Shown here piece by piece: positions 1 through 11,583 of a DNA stretch of 64,000 nucleotides (the stretch's first letter is position 1; each line of letters starts with the position of its first letter). The position numbers and the translations under genes were made by a program. This DNA is from Spironucleus salmonicida (lineage: Eukaryota). The notes below the pieces were generated by a model. It ran no database searches, had not been told where the DNA came from, and was given only the letters and a program-made list of their open reading frames with translations. The DNA lies in the NCBI RefSeq assembly GCF_000497125.1, contig NC_090597.1, positions 941,797-1,005,796 on the forward strand. Reading direction: 5' to 3'.

Positions 1-1192
1 TACCCTTGAATTGATTTTAATGCGGCGGGCCGTTCAAACACAATCTCATACGTGTCATATTTCTCACGACCCGCTGTAGCCTAAACGAACTTTGAAATGA
101 AGTTTTTAAGTATAATAAAACAGTCTTACAAAATAATTTTAAAATCATGCAAAACATAAATTTCTGTAGCAGCAAAAGGTACAAGAGAAAAGTGATGTGT
201 ACATTTTGGTTTTGTTAAAACAAATTATTCATAGTTGTTTTATTAAACTGAAATTGATCATGGACTTTTTGCTTCTCTCTGTTCGATTTCCTACTATGTG
301 GTTGTACGGTTTCAGCTATTACTTAAAACTTACAGCTATTTGTTAATTATTATCATAAAATATACTAAATAATAATTACGCAAATCGGTAAATATAATAT
401 GATAATTTAGAGGTATTATATAATTATTTTGTGTCATTTGTACTAAACTATTTTGTGCTCAATTATGTATTAATACAATTAATAATTAAAATTCAATGTA
501 AAGCCAAACCCTAGTTAATTCGTATAAAATTCATCTGATTAAGCAAGTTACATCCAAATATAACGGAAATCAGCGAGAAATAAATTTTGTGCTCATTGAA
601 TTTCTGATAAAATTTGAAATTTATATATTCAGTAATTTATGCTTTCTTAATGGATATAATCTAGCTATTTATTAAATTGTTGGAAAATTGACAGTTTAAC
701 TCGTTTTGTTAAGTACTACTATTAATGATAGTAAAATTATAACCAAGCACCAGAAATTATAGAATCAACATATATACAATTAGTTCATTATTTAGAATTC
801 ACAGAAATATATTATAATAAATAAGATAACTATAACCAATTGTTAAGTTATCATATGTATATAATAATTACAAAACTGAACGACAAATTATATTTTCTAA
901 AATTAATGTTAGTTACATATTAAGTAACAATTTATTAAATAAAACTCTCTTAACCTGGAATAGATTATTACATAGATGTAGGCTAATTTATGAAGTTTCT
1001 GAAATAATTAAGTATCTATAAATACAATCATTTATATTAATATAATCTATGTTTGCATGAGTATATCAAATTTGTGTTTTAACAATTATATATTACTACT
1101 ATAAATTAATATTACTGTTTTTTAAAAACTAAAATCCATATCATCATTTACATCAAGTTTAATATAATATTTCGAAGATCTATTTTCAGAAA

Positions 1193-3973
1193 ATGACAGA
1201 CACGGGGACTTGCTCAAATGCCGTCTTCAACTGCAAGGCTGGTTATTTCTGCCCTGCAGAAGATTCAACTACCGTAGAATGTCAACCGTGCTAGGAATAT
1301 ATGGAATATGGTTAAAGTTGCTACTGTGAAGATACCAAACCAATAAAGAACTGTCAAGCATGTACGGGCAAGCAGTGCTCTACATGCGTGCGTAATACAT
1401 TTTTATAAAATGACAAATGCATAAATTGTCCTTTATACTGCGATACCTGTGCAAACGCAAATTCTTGCATTACGTGCTCCGAAGGCTACGAAAAGAACCC
1501 ATATACTGGTCTTTGTGAGTTATCCTGTAAAAGCGAAGATGGATGTCTGCCAGTCGGATTATATTTCGGTGATCCAAGTACATAAATGTCTATACCTTGC
1601 ATTGCGAATTGCATTATTTGCTCTTCAACCACCACTTGCGATTTTTGCCACCCTAAAGGATTTGTCATTACACTAACAGGCCAATGCACTAAGAAATGCG
1701 ATGATATTCAAGACGGATATTACTGTGAAGACGGAGTTGCAAAGCTTTGCGATGATGATCTGACGGCAGAATGTACATGTGGCAATGCCTCCTATTGTGC
1801 TTCTTGCCATTCCACTGGGAAAAGGTGCGAAAAGTGTTTGCCAAATATGAACTTTAACACATCTGGCGAATGTGCAGTTTGCTATGACGGATTTTCGCTC
1901 GAAAGTAGTCAGTGTATGCCCTGCACTGGAAGCTAATCATCTCCCTGCACATGCAAAACGGCGGAAAATTGTTCTACCTGCGATACCGATACGGGAAAAT
2001 GCAAAACATGCTAGGGAAATTATGATGTTAAAGGCGAGATTCCGTGTTAAAACTGCTTACCAGGATTTTATAAGTAAAACTCTGCCCTGGGTGATATTTG
2101 CATATCTTGCCTTGGTAATTGCAAAACCTGCTCTTCATACTCCACTTGCACAGTTTGCAATGATGAGTATGTGCTGTAAAGCGGTAAATGCGAAAAAACA
2201 TGTAAAGTAGGTGACGGTAGTTGCGCCATGAACCAAATCTGCGCCACAATCTGCAAAGATTGCACCGGAAACTGCGCCACGTGCAAGGGTTCTGTAGACA
2301 AGTGCGTGACCTGCAAATCCGGCTTTATCTTAGAAAATAATAAATGTACAGCGTGCGGCAAGGATTGCCTGAACTGCGACGGTGATAAAAGTAAGTGTAA
2401 CCTTTGCAAGGACGGATTTATTAACTTCGATGGAAGGTGCAGTATCTGCATTGGAAACACGACGTAAAAGTGCAAGTGCGGAATGGCCGAGAATTGCGCA
2501 ACATGTGGTGATAAAAATTCTAATGTTTGCGGAAACTGCTTACCCGGATTTTTCAAGGGAGCCGATGCGGGGAATAATACATGCAAAGCCTGCGATGAGA
2601 AATGCGCAACCTGCATCTCAGAAAACACCTGTTCATCCTGCAAAAATGGGGATATTTTAAGCGGGAATTCGTGCGCTGCCTGTACGACTATTTAAACTAC
2701 TGCCTGCATTTGCAAAGATGCCACAAACTGTCAAACCTGCGATTCTACTGATATGAGCAAATGCAAAACCTGAATCAACAATTTTGACCCAAATGGATAT
2801 ACCCCTTGCTAAAACTGCTTGCCAGGATTTTTCAAGGTGAGTGATTCCGGGAGTGATACTTGCACGGTATGCCCTGTTAACTGCACAACCTGTAACTCTG
2901 GATCAGTTTGCACAGCTTGTAAGGTCGAATTTTTACTCGAAGATGATACGTGCGTAGCCTGCGATGACGCTAACTGCAATGTCTGCCCAAGTAGAAAAGA
3001 TAGATGTGTATCATGCAAAGATGGTTTTTCCGTGGAAAAAGATGAATGTGCAAAACAGTGCATAAAAGATGAAGACAGCTGTGCTATGAACCAAATATGC
3101 GACGACATATGCAAAGACTGCACAAACAACTGTGCCACATGCAAGGATGCTGTAGACAAGTGCTTGACGTGTGAATCTGGCTTTATATTAGACAATGATA
3201 AATGTGTAGCGTGCCCCGATGGCTGCGCGAACTGTGACGGTGACAAAGCCATCTGCAAGGTTTGCAATGATGATTTTTTCACCGAAGATAATACCTGCAC
3301 TAAGTGTGAGGGAAATAATACGGAACAGTGCAAGTGCGGGGAAGCAGTTAACTGTGCTACCTGCGATTCTTCTGAGATGGGAAAGTGCGGAAACTGCATC
3401 ACCGGATACAAAAAAGCCACAAATGAGACCTGTTCAGCCTGCGCTGATGGCTATTTGATGGTTGGAATTGCCTGTGTGAAATGCAATAATAATTGTGCTA
3501 CGTGCTCAAAAAGCCTTGAAAAGTGCGATACATGCGTCAGGTCTTACAGCATTAGCATAAATTAAACGTGCGAGAAGGATTGTACGGAGGTACTGACAGA
3601 TGGCAAGGTGTGCGTCGCCGAAAAGATAGTGGATTGTGGAGCCAACAATCAGGTAACTGCGTGCAAATGCAAAGATGCTGCAAACTGCTTCAAATGCGAT
3701 AGTTCTGATAAGGGAAAATGCGAGTCCTGTATGACAGGCTATAAATTTGTAAATTAAAAGTGCGACAGCTGCGCGGACGGGCACACCACCGTTGGCTCGT
3801 TCTGCTTCCCCTAGGGTGATACGCTAAGTACCAACCTCTCTGGTGGCGCTGTTACAGGCATTATCATCGCAGTTCTAGTAGCTGTTGGTGGAGTCGCCGG
3901 TGGTATTTTTTGGTACATGAAGAAGTCAAAGCTTAATTAGGAGATTGACGAGTAGAAGTTTGTCCTGAAGTGA
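1193..3973 (+). pseudogene. Large cysteine-rich membrane protein (CRMP/VSP-like) gene, 927 codons, interrupted by one in-frame TGA at 2771-2773
   Basis: With TAR=Gln a single frame runs from ATG 1193 (MTDTGTCSNAVFNCKAGYFCP) through dozens of CXXC/CXC motifs. It ends in a TM segment ([28 protein letters not shown]), the tail KKSKLNQEIDEQKFVLK and TGA 3971-3973. The internal TGA reads CKT*INNFDP where the paralog at ~33240 reads CKTCINNFDP. Confidence 0.85.
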
Positions 3974-5379
3974 TAATTTAAGTTATTTCAGATATTATGA
4001 TTATGTATATGGAGGCATCTTGTGATAATGAGAATATAAGGGTATAAAATTAGTAATTTACTATTATTAAATATGAAGAAGAATTCGAGTTACTTAAATC
4101 TTACATACTACTCACTATTTCTTCACAATATTGAAATACTCTGTTTATCTCCATTATATCATTAAGTAAGCGAACGTATACTAAATATTATAATTAATTT
4201 AGCAATCTTATCAATTCTGTGCTAAACTTTATCATTACATAACTATTTTGCGAAATTCAATTTTATGTCTTGCGTTGGATTGCAAAATTGGCTATGAAAC
4301 TTGGAATGGTATGAAATAGATATTGATAGTTTTAGTATGAGATTAGTATTTAATTGGGTAAGCGAATGACAAGTTGAGCATGCGTTGAACTATATTTTGC
4401 GGTTCTAAGTTTATATTTGATTGTTAATATAACTTTCTAATTTTCATACTATTTAAGATAATTATTTTAGGTTATGGGTATGATTTTTCTGTTTTGTGAG
4501 TCGATTTGTAATGTAATTGTGAGGAAATGGTCGTCAAAGCAAGATATAGTATAAAATGTATAAGAAGATTAAATTGTAGATTAAACTACTTTTGTAGTTT
4601 TTGAATACTTATATGTTGAATTTAATGATGAATACTTAGTGATTAATCATAATTGCCTTCTTCATTTCTATACTCTGATTATCTTCTACAATTGTAATTT
4701 AATAAGCATGTTAAGTAACTATTATAGTTCTATTTTATCAAAAAATATACTATGTATATTATATATTCTAATTATTATTTACACTTCTCTTCTATATAGG
4801 TTTTATGCATAGTATCACACCTAACAATCTGATGCCTAGTTAAAGTGAAAATTTTCTATTAAGGTATGCTATAGCAACACAGCTAACGCTATGAAAATAA
4901 TTATACTGTAATCAGTCTTGTAGTAGTTAATTCTATATGGTTCATGTAATTTATGCAACAATTATTTAATATTACCCCTGCTCTGTCGAGTGCACTTTTT
5001 TGAAAAAGTATAAATGTGCCCAAAGAGGAAAAGTTGCAAACTTATTTAATGGAAAATGCTCATATTCTTTTTATTTTGTTTTTCTTGTTGTGTTTCGTAA
5101 TATTCATTTTAATCGAATTCCGCTCCAGAATTGGAAAATCCACAAAATAACTCTTTGTCGAACAATCTTTAAATACTTGACCCAATAAATAATACAATAT
5201 ATCTGTGAAAAGAAAATAAGTATCTAAAGCTAATTTGGGCATAACTAGGAGCCATTACAAAATTAGAATTCAAAACTTATAATCTAAATTATAGCCATCA
5301 ACTTATTTCCATATCATAACTAAGATGTTATTTTAGTAAAAAAGAATTATTGTAAAATATTAGTAAAAATATATTTATT

Positions 5380-6600
5380 CATGAAAATTTTAAATTCTAT
5401 ATTTTTTTATAACAATTAAAATTTACAGAATAGAGTAATATCTGATGAAGGGGAACATTATATAAATGTGATATAATTTATTTCCAGTAAATTAAGGAAA
5501 TTTTTATTAGAATGATGATAATGATGATGATAATGAAATTAAAAAGTTAATAATTATACTTTGCTAATTAGTAAAATTTTAATGTTAGCACTAGAAATGT
5601 AGATTTAGACTCTATTGAATGCTGTTTAAATATAGTTTAGTATGGAATTGGAATAAATTCAGAAAAATAGAATATTTACCAATTGACGAGCCACTGTCCC
5701 CATTTAAAGGCAGATATAATAAAAAATATACCTACCTTAGAATCTAAATAAATACGAACGGCTTTTATGTCAGGATCAGTCAAAAAATAATTACTGTTTT
5801 ATATTGTAATCTTATTCTGATTTTGGGTCCAATAATGGTTAAAATGTATTATATAGTACCTTGTTTATAAATTTCCATATAGTCTAAGAGGTATGGGGTG
5901 TGAAAATTTTATACCTCTGAAAAGTTATCAAATATAGTTTAACTAATAAATTAACCTTTACTTACGATACGTAGCAACAGGTACAAAAGTAATATTTACC
6001 TAAAGAATTAAAAGTCAAGTAATTCAAAATTTTAACTTTTGAATATTTTCATGATTTGGAATAAAGATCAAAAACATAAAATTAACAAAGTTGCTTTTAC
6101 CAATGATATTATAGGTTATCTATAATGAAAATAAATATACATTTACTTGTTCAAGTCCAGTCATAGTAGATCTATATAATAAATTAATGGGAGGAGTGGG
6201 TGTCTAGGATTATAATATTCAACTCATAGGTTGCTAATAAAATTTAAATGAGGGGGTATTAAATTTATGTCATAGACTCGACATCTGTTTAGTAAATTAT
6301 TAGATTTACTAGAAATCAACAATATTGAAAATCTTGAATTTAAACAATATTTGAATGACCAATGAAATAGATTTCTTTGTACACGAAGATAAACTACAGT
6401 AAATCTAATGTAGAGCATAAGCTATTTACTAACGCTGTTCTAATGTACAATCTCACTAAAAAACTAATATTTAATGATAATATCTTATCTGCTGTCTGTA
6501 GTAAATGCTAGAACTGGAGAACATTCTATATGTGTAGTAGATACATTAACAAAAGAAAAGAAATCAAATACAGAAAGCGATACTTGTAAATATTACTTTT
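5380..6600 (+). mobile_element. Decayed piggyBac-like (PGBD, DDD) transposase relic; boundaries approximate, no TIRs found
   Basis: Motifs in colinear order: YLPIDEPLSPFKGR (IDE at 5682-5690); frameshifted IYLPQNLNKY; C-ENF(Y)TSEKL at ~5899-5926 (DNFYTS-like, 1-nt deletion); YLPKELK at ~5993; PVIVDLYNKLMGGVGVQD (6157-6210) then LDICLVNYQIY; C-terminal CSKC..RTFYMCSR (6497-6541). Confidence 0.8.
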
Positions 6601-7259
6601 TCGGAAATAGCTTTTAGCCCGTATATCCAATAGCAGATAAAGTCATATACATAACGCTCCCATCAGTAGCGGGTAATATTTTTCGAAAGATTTGGTCAAT
6701 GGCTTTGGTTGAATAACCTCCTCACCAGGAAACAGCTAATAAAGTTAATATTAGTATTATATTTGTTATACTTTTTATAATTTTAATTATTAGTAATTAT
6801 ATTATCTAATATAAGGATTATTTTTAGTTTTATTATATTATATAATATTAATCCTAATCGTTAATTTTTGAACGAGCTATTAAGATTTAGTTGTTTGGGC
6901 GATTATAGCTTATTGTGTATTCGCATTAATAACTATTATCTGCTACACGAAGATAATATGAAATCAGCACTCTTACTTTTATATAAGGAACCTAATCATT
7001 TAAACCTATTTTTAATGAAATTTTACTACAACTATATTGGTGTATAATAATTATTTATTTTTTCACTCCTAATTTTCATATTTTAAATCACTAGATATAT
7101 TCTTAAAAGCGATGACTATCATTGAAATATCCCAAAACATAAAACGATTAATCTTACTCACTACTAAGACTTATAGCCTTTTTACACTTCTACCTATATT
7201 AAAAGTACTAGGTATTACACATCTTCACTTTTAACATCCTGAGTTAAACTATTTTTACT

Positions 7260-8294
7260 CAACCAGACATAGCAGCTGATTCCACAGAACACCTCCTCTG
7301 CATCACAAACATTATTTGTCAAACCAGCGCTAAGGGAAATACTTTAAGTGAAAACCACTGATTTTACTCCACCATAACTTAAATAACTGCACTCATCTTT
7401 AGCACTGTTAAAAACTACGATTCTATTGGCATGAACGAGTAATAAACCTATACTAAGTGTTACAGTCTGTCCAGTATGATATATTGCGAAACCTGCAAGG
7501 CTTAGTTGCTCTAGTATGTTTCTGTAAGCTTACGAAAGTTTACAGGCTGTGAATCTGGTCATATTTTGATAATGATAAATATACTGCACGCTTAGAGGGA
7601 GACAACATTTAAGATAATAACAATATTAGATAAAAAATTTCCAAGGATACCTTTCAAATCAAATGGTAAGTATGCATTCTTTCTATACGAAGAGAACTTA
7701 AAATGCTAACACGCTTCAGCTGTTAGTTGCATCACCTACAACACGGCAATCCAAAAAATGATCAACATGCATCACTAGCTGCAAACGGTACCGGCTTTAG
7801 CTGAGATAGCGGAGTTTGATGGTGGAAATTGCATGCACAACATCCAGGGAACTGTTGTAACCCTAGCAATGCACAATAGAGCTTTGCGATACGTGTGGTG
7901 ATGCTCATTAAATGGAAATTGGTTAATTTGTGTTACCCTAATTGTAGTCATTAAATAACAGTTAGATAGCTTACATCCGTGGAGTTGCGCCTGCTTATGA
8001 TAGAGTAGGTTAAAGTACTTTATACAGATATCAAGATGCCTAAACTTATTTTAAGTATGATGAAAGTAACAATAAAGAATGTCATAATTACATGCACTAA
8101 TACAAATTCAAAATAAAGCATGTACAGGTTTGTTGATTCCTTTGTGTCAAGTGTATAGCGCTATTTATTACTAACCAAGTATCTGGAAGTCTATCTACTA
8201 TATGGCGGCTTGAATTGTGATTCCAGTATTAGGTGCCGTATGTGCTATCGACGGCAGCCTGATTTCTTATGTTATCAAGAAAGGAAAGAAATGA
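7260..8294 (+). pseudogene. Heavily decayed CRMP pseudogene (5' limit approximate)
   Basis: Remnant CETCK and TGTGAATCTGG..ATAATGATAAAT match gene 1193-3973 near 3170-3200. The 3' end reads IVIPVLGAVCAIDGSLISYVIKKGKK-TGA (8292-8294). Many frameshifts. Confidence 0.7.
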
Positions 8295-8977
8295 TGGTAA
8301 TAGTTCCCGAAAAATATATACGAAAAATGGGTTCGCAAGGTAAAATGCGAAAATTCAATTTTACTCGAGGAATACATTATTATGTTATATAATCGCTTGT
8401 AGAAGTATTATATGGGATAGTTATATCAGTAAAATGAATTTCTTTTTGTTAGTACGTTACATGTAGTTAGGTATGAAGCAATATGTACTACATCATAGTT
8501 AGAGGTAGTTGATAGCACAATCTAAGGATGCATAACAGAAATTAGTATAATAGTCCCAACTTCTACTAGCTGTTAGTTCAATAGCATTATTAATACACTC
8601 GAGACTAATTGAAGTTAAATTTTAATATCGCAAATGCAAAATCATACATTCTGATACTCAATTTGTATTAGTAATATTATCTGATATTAAATTAATACTC
8701 GTTTATTGATAGACTAATTTTTGCAGATTCATAAAGTATTCAGTTTCAGCGTGAGATACATTAGGTATCTACACTGAGCTACTGCGTCTTAGTTTATCCT
8801 AATTTTTACGTTCAGTTACAAATTTGTTACTAATCATACGATATACAATATGATTTTAATATTATATATTAATTCAAAAAATATTTTAATATATATTTCC
8901 TATATAATCAAAGTTACTGAAAAATATTTTGTATTATTACATACTCAGAATATTACTAAAAATAGAAACTGCTAAAA

Positions 8978-9945
8978 ATGGAAACCAAGTGCGACAACGG
9001 TTCTAAAACATGCCCACTATGCACGCATGTCCATCCGATGCCACTACCTCTAATGAGAAAAACTGTGTCTAGTGCAATATTGTCGGTAACGACGGCTGCA
9101 ATGCTTGTGCAGCTGATGATGCTGACGTCTGCACTGGGTGCAACCCAAAATTTTACTTTGACCCCGACACTACCGAATGCGTTGCATGCTCCTCCAACTG
9201 CTCTACTTGCGATAGTGCGGTTCAATGCACTGTCTGCGCCACCGGCTTCAAACTAGATGGTGGCACATGCGTAGCCTCTGATGTGATCGCATGCGATGCA
9301 GATAATTCTTGATAAGACGACTAATTCTGCGAGATAAAGACCTCTGGGAACACTTGTATTCCTTGTCCTGCTTCTTGTAAGAAATATACTAGCTTGACAA
9401 AGTGCAAAGAATGCAAAAATTACCACGATATGAATACTGACTAGACATGCACGGAATAATGCAAAGGGTTTATAGAGGTTTTATAAGCATGCGTAAACAA
9501 CATAATTATCCCTTGTGGTAGCTACAAGCAATAGACCTCCTGCAGGTGCGGTCCTGTTGCTTAGAACTGCCTCACTTGTTAGGCTACTGCAGTACCAGAG
9601 GGTGGAACATGTACAGATGCTAGTTGTACATGTGGAAAAGATAGTCCTGACACTTGCACTGGTTGCATAGATAAGCGTAATTATGTTTTTATAGTGGGAA
9701 AATGCACTGGTAGGGGTACTAATAAATGCTTAACTTGCCTTCCTGGCTATATCTTGAAGGATGATAATTGCACTGATTGTGCAGTAGAGGCTGAAAAAGT
9801 AGGGGACTTCTGCTTCATCCCCAGAAAGGAGGCTGGTAACCTCTCAGGTGGCGCGGTAACCGGAATTATGATTGCTGTGCTTATAGTGGTTGGTGCTGTC
9901 GGCGGAGGTCTGGTGTATTACTTCATCAAGAGGGCCAAGAAGTGA
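8978..9945 (+). pseudogene. CRMP with short basic tail; frameshift near 9010-9020 and in-frame TGA at 9310-9312
   Basis: METKCDNGSKTCP, then a shift to the frame HACPSDATTSNEKNCVQC...CDADNS*QDDQFCE... ending [38 protein letters not shown]. An alternative in-frame ATG lies at 9010. Confidence 0.85.
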
Positions 9946-10758
9946 AAAATATTTTAATATGTAATTCATTGGAATGTGGCATTTTCAAACTAGGTTTTGT
10001 AATAGTAAGCTTTTCAGTTATACTCTATTTAATAATTTATAGATTTCATTGTTTTACGTTATAGAATAAAAAGATTCAGCATGTTTTAAAAATTTTGAAT
10101 CCCAAAATATTAATTGTAGCGTAATATACTCTTCAGTATAACGTATCATAACGTAAAATAATAAAAACTGCAATTTCAATGTATCCAGTTTCATGAATGG
10201 ATGATAGTGAAATGCCGTGAAATAATGATAGTGCGCTAGCGATACATTGAGAGAAAGTACTGTGAATATGTTAAATTATAGATTTGATACTTTAGGGCAG
10301 AAGCATAGATTCTGTGCAAATGGTGGTAAATCTAATACTATTTACAATTAGGTATCGTGATTTATCCATTTTTCGTTGTATTGTTATATACTGAAAATAT
10401 TCAATATTAGTATTAGTATTATAAAATTTGAAGTTACTAATTATATATGTATATTATCAGATTGAGCAATTATCTATTTGCAAAACTGGCAAAGTTGTTA
10501 CACGAATCTAAATTAGACGCCGATTATTAATAGCAAAGAGAAAAAACATAAAATTTGTTTTTTGTGCCCATTGTTAGGTGTACTATAAGTAAAGTAGATT
10601 TTTGTTAATATCTGATTTTTCAATTTAAAATATATTCATATAAACATATAACTAATTATAACGTAAAAATAGATAGAAACAGAAACTCATATTCACTATC
10701 GATAAGAATTATACATATAAAGTTACCTATTCCATTTATTTTAAAATGAGGAATATCA

Positions 10759-11439
10759 TGCACTTCTTGTTCTGGAAATGCAACTGAAAAATGCTAGTGT
10801 GATGCAGCCATTAATTGTGATACCTGCGACTCTTCAGACTCATCAATATGCGGAACCTGCTTGACCGTGTTCAAAATAAATGACATTGGTGCTTGTTCAG
10901 AGTGCATATAGGGCTACTTTATGTCGGAAAGCGGCTGCTAGAAATGCGACACAACTTGCCGTTCCTGCCAGAATAATGCTAATACGTGTGTAATTTGCGC
11001 TGATTCGCACGAACCTACTATTCAATAAACATGTTAGCCTATTTGTGATTAAGTGATAACTGCTGATTAGGTATGCGAGGATGGAACTCCAAAATCTTGT
11101 GGAGCAGAAACTCAAATTGTAGCTTGTTAATGTACTGGAAAAGTAAATTGCTTTACATGTCCTTCTGATAATTCCTAGTGCAAAAGCTGTTTGAGAAGCT
11201 ACAAGCTGCTAAAAGGTGATTGTAAGACCTGCGTATAAGGCGCAGAAATGATAGGCGACTTCTGAATTGGTGGTATATTAGAAGACTAAAATCATAGTTT
11301 ATCTGGCGGCGCAGTTGCTGGAATAGTCATTGCTAGTATAATGATAATCGGAGGTATCTGGGGAGGTGTGTTTTGGTATCTTAAAAAATCGAAAAGTTAG
11401 CTTAAAAATGTAAGCTAACCTGTTACTTTATAGGAGTGA
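10759..11439 (+). pseudogene. 5'-truncated CRMP pseudogene with in-frame TGA at 11263-11265
   Basis: CTSCSGNATEKCQCDAAINCDTCD...GDF*IGG...LSGGAVAGIVIASIMIIGGIWGGVFWYLKKSKSQLKNVSQPVTLQE-TGA. There is no in-frame ATG at the 5' end (TGA at 10747). Confidence 0.8.
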
Positions 11440-11583
11440 ATTTAAAGTAAAGGAAATATATAGTTTTTCAGGAAATTCATTACTGTAGCTTTTTATATAT
11501 TAGAAAATTCTTTATTAATTTAATACATATAATATACTTATTTCAATTTGTTCATTAGAATAAATTAAAAGTTAATAGATTCT

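Noticed and set aside
1-195. Possible gene end at the window start (frame ending AAG TGA at 193-195)
   Set aside because: The same frame has a TGA at 7-9, and the peptide is not recognisable.
2068-3420. Long minus-strand ORFs rich in Gln/His/Val/Leu (also 21468-22118, 33170-33880, 51949-52599)
   Set aside because: Antisense shadows of Cys-rich genes: the reverse complement of TGC/TGT repeats gives GCA/CAG/CAC patterns.
5512-5536. ATGATGATAATGATGATGATAATGA short repeat as a CRISPR-like or regulatory array
   Set aside because: A simple trinucleotide-type microsatellite with no spacers.
4700-6900. Terminal inverted repeats and TTAA target duplication for the piggyBac relic
   Set aside because: TTAA is abundant in this AT-rich DNA, and I could not find a matching inverted pair by eye.
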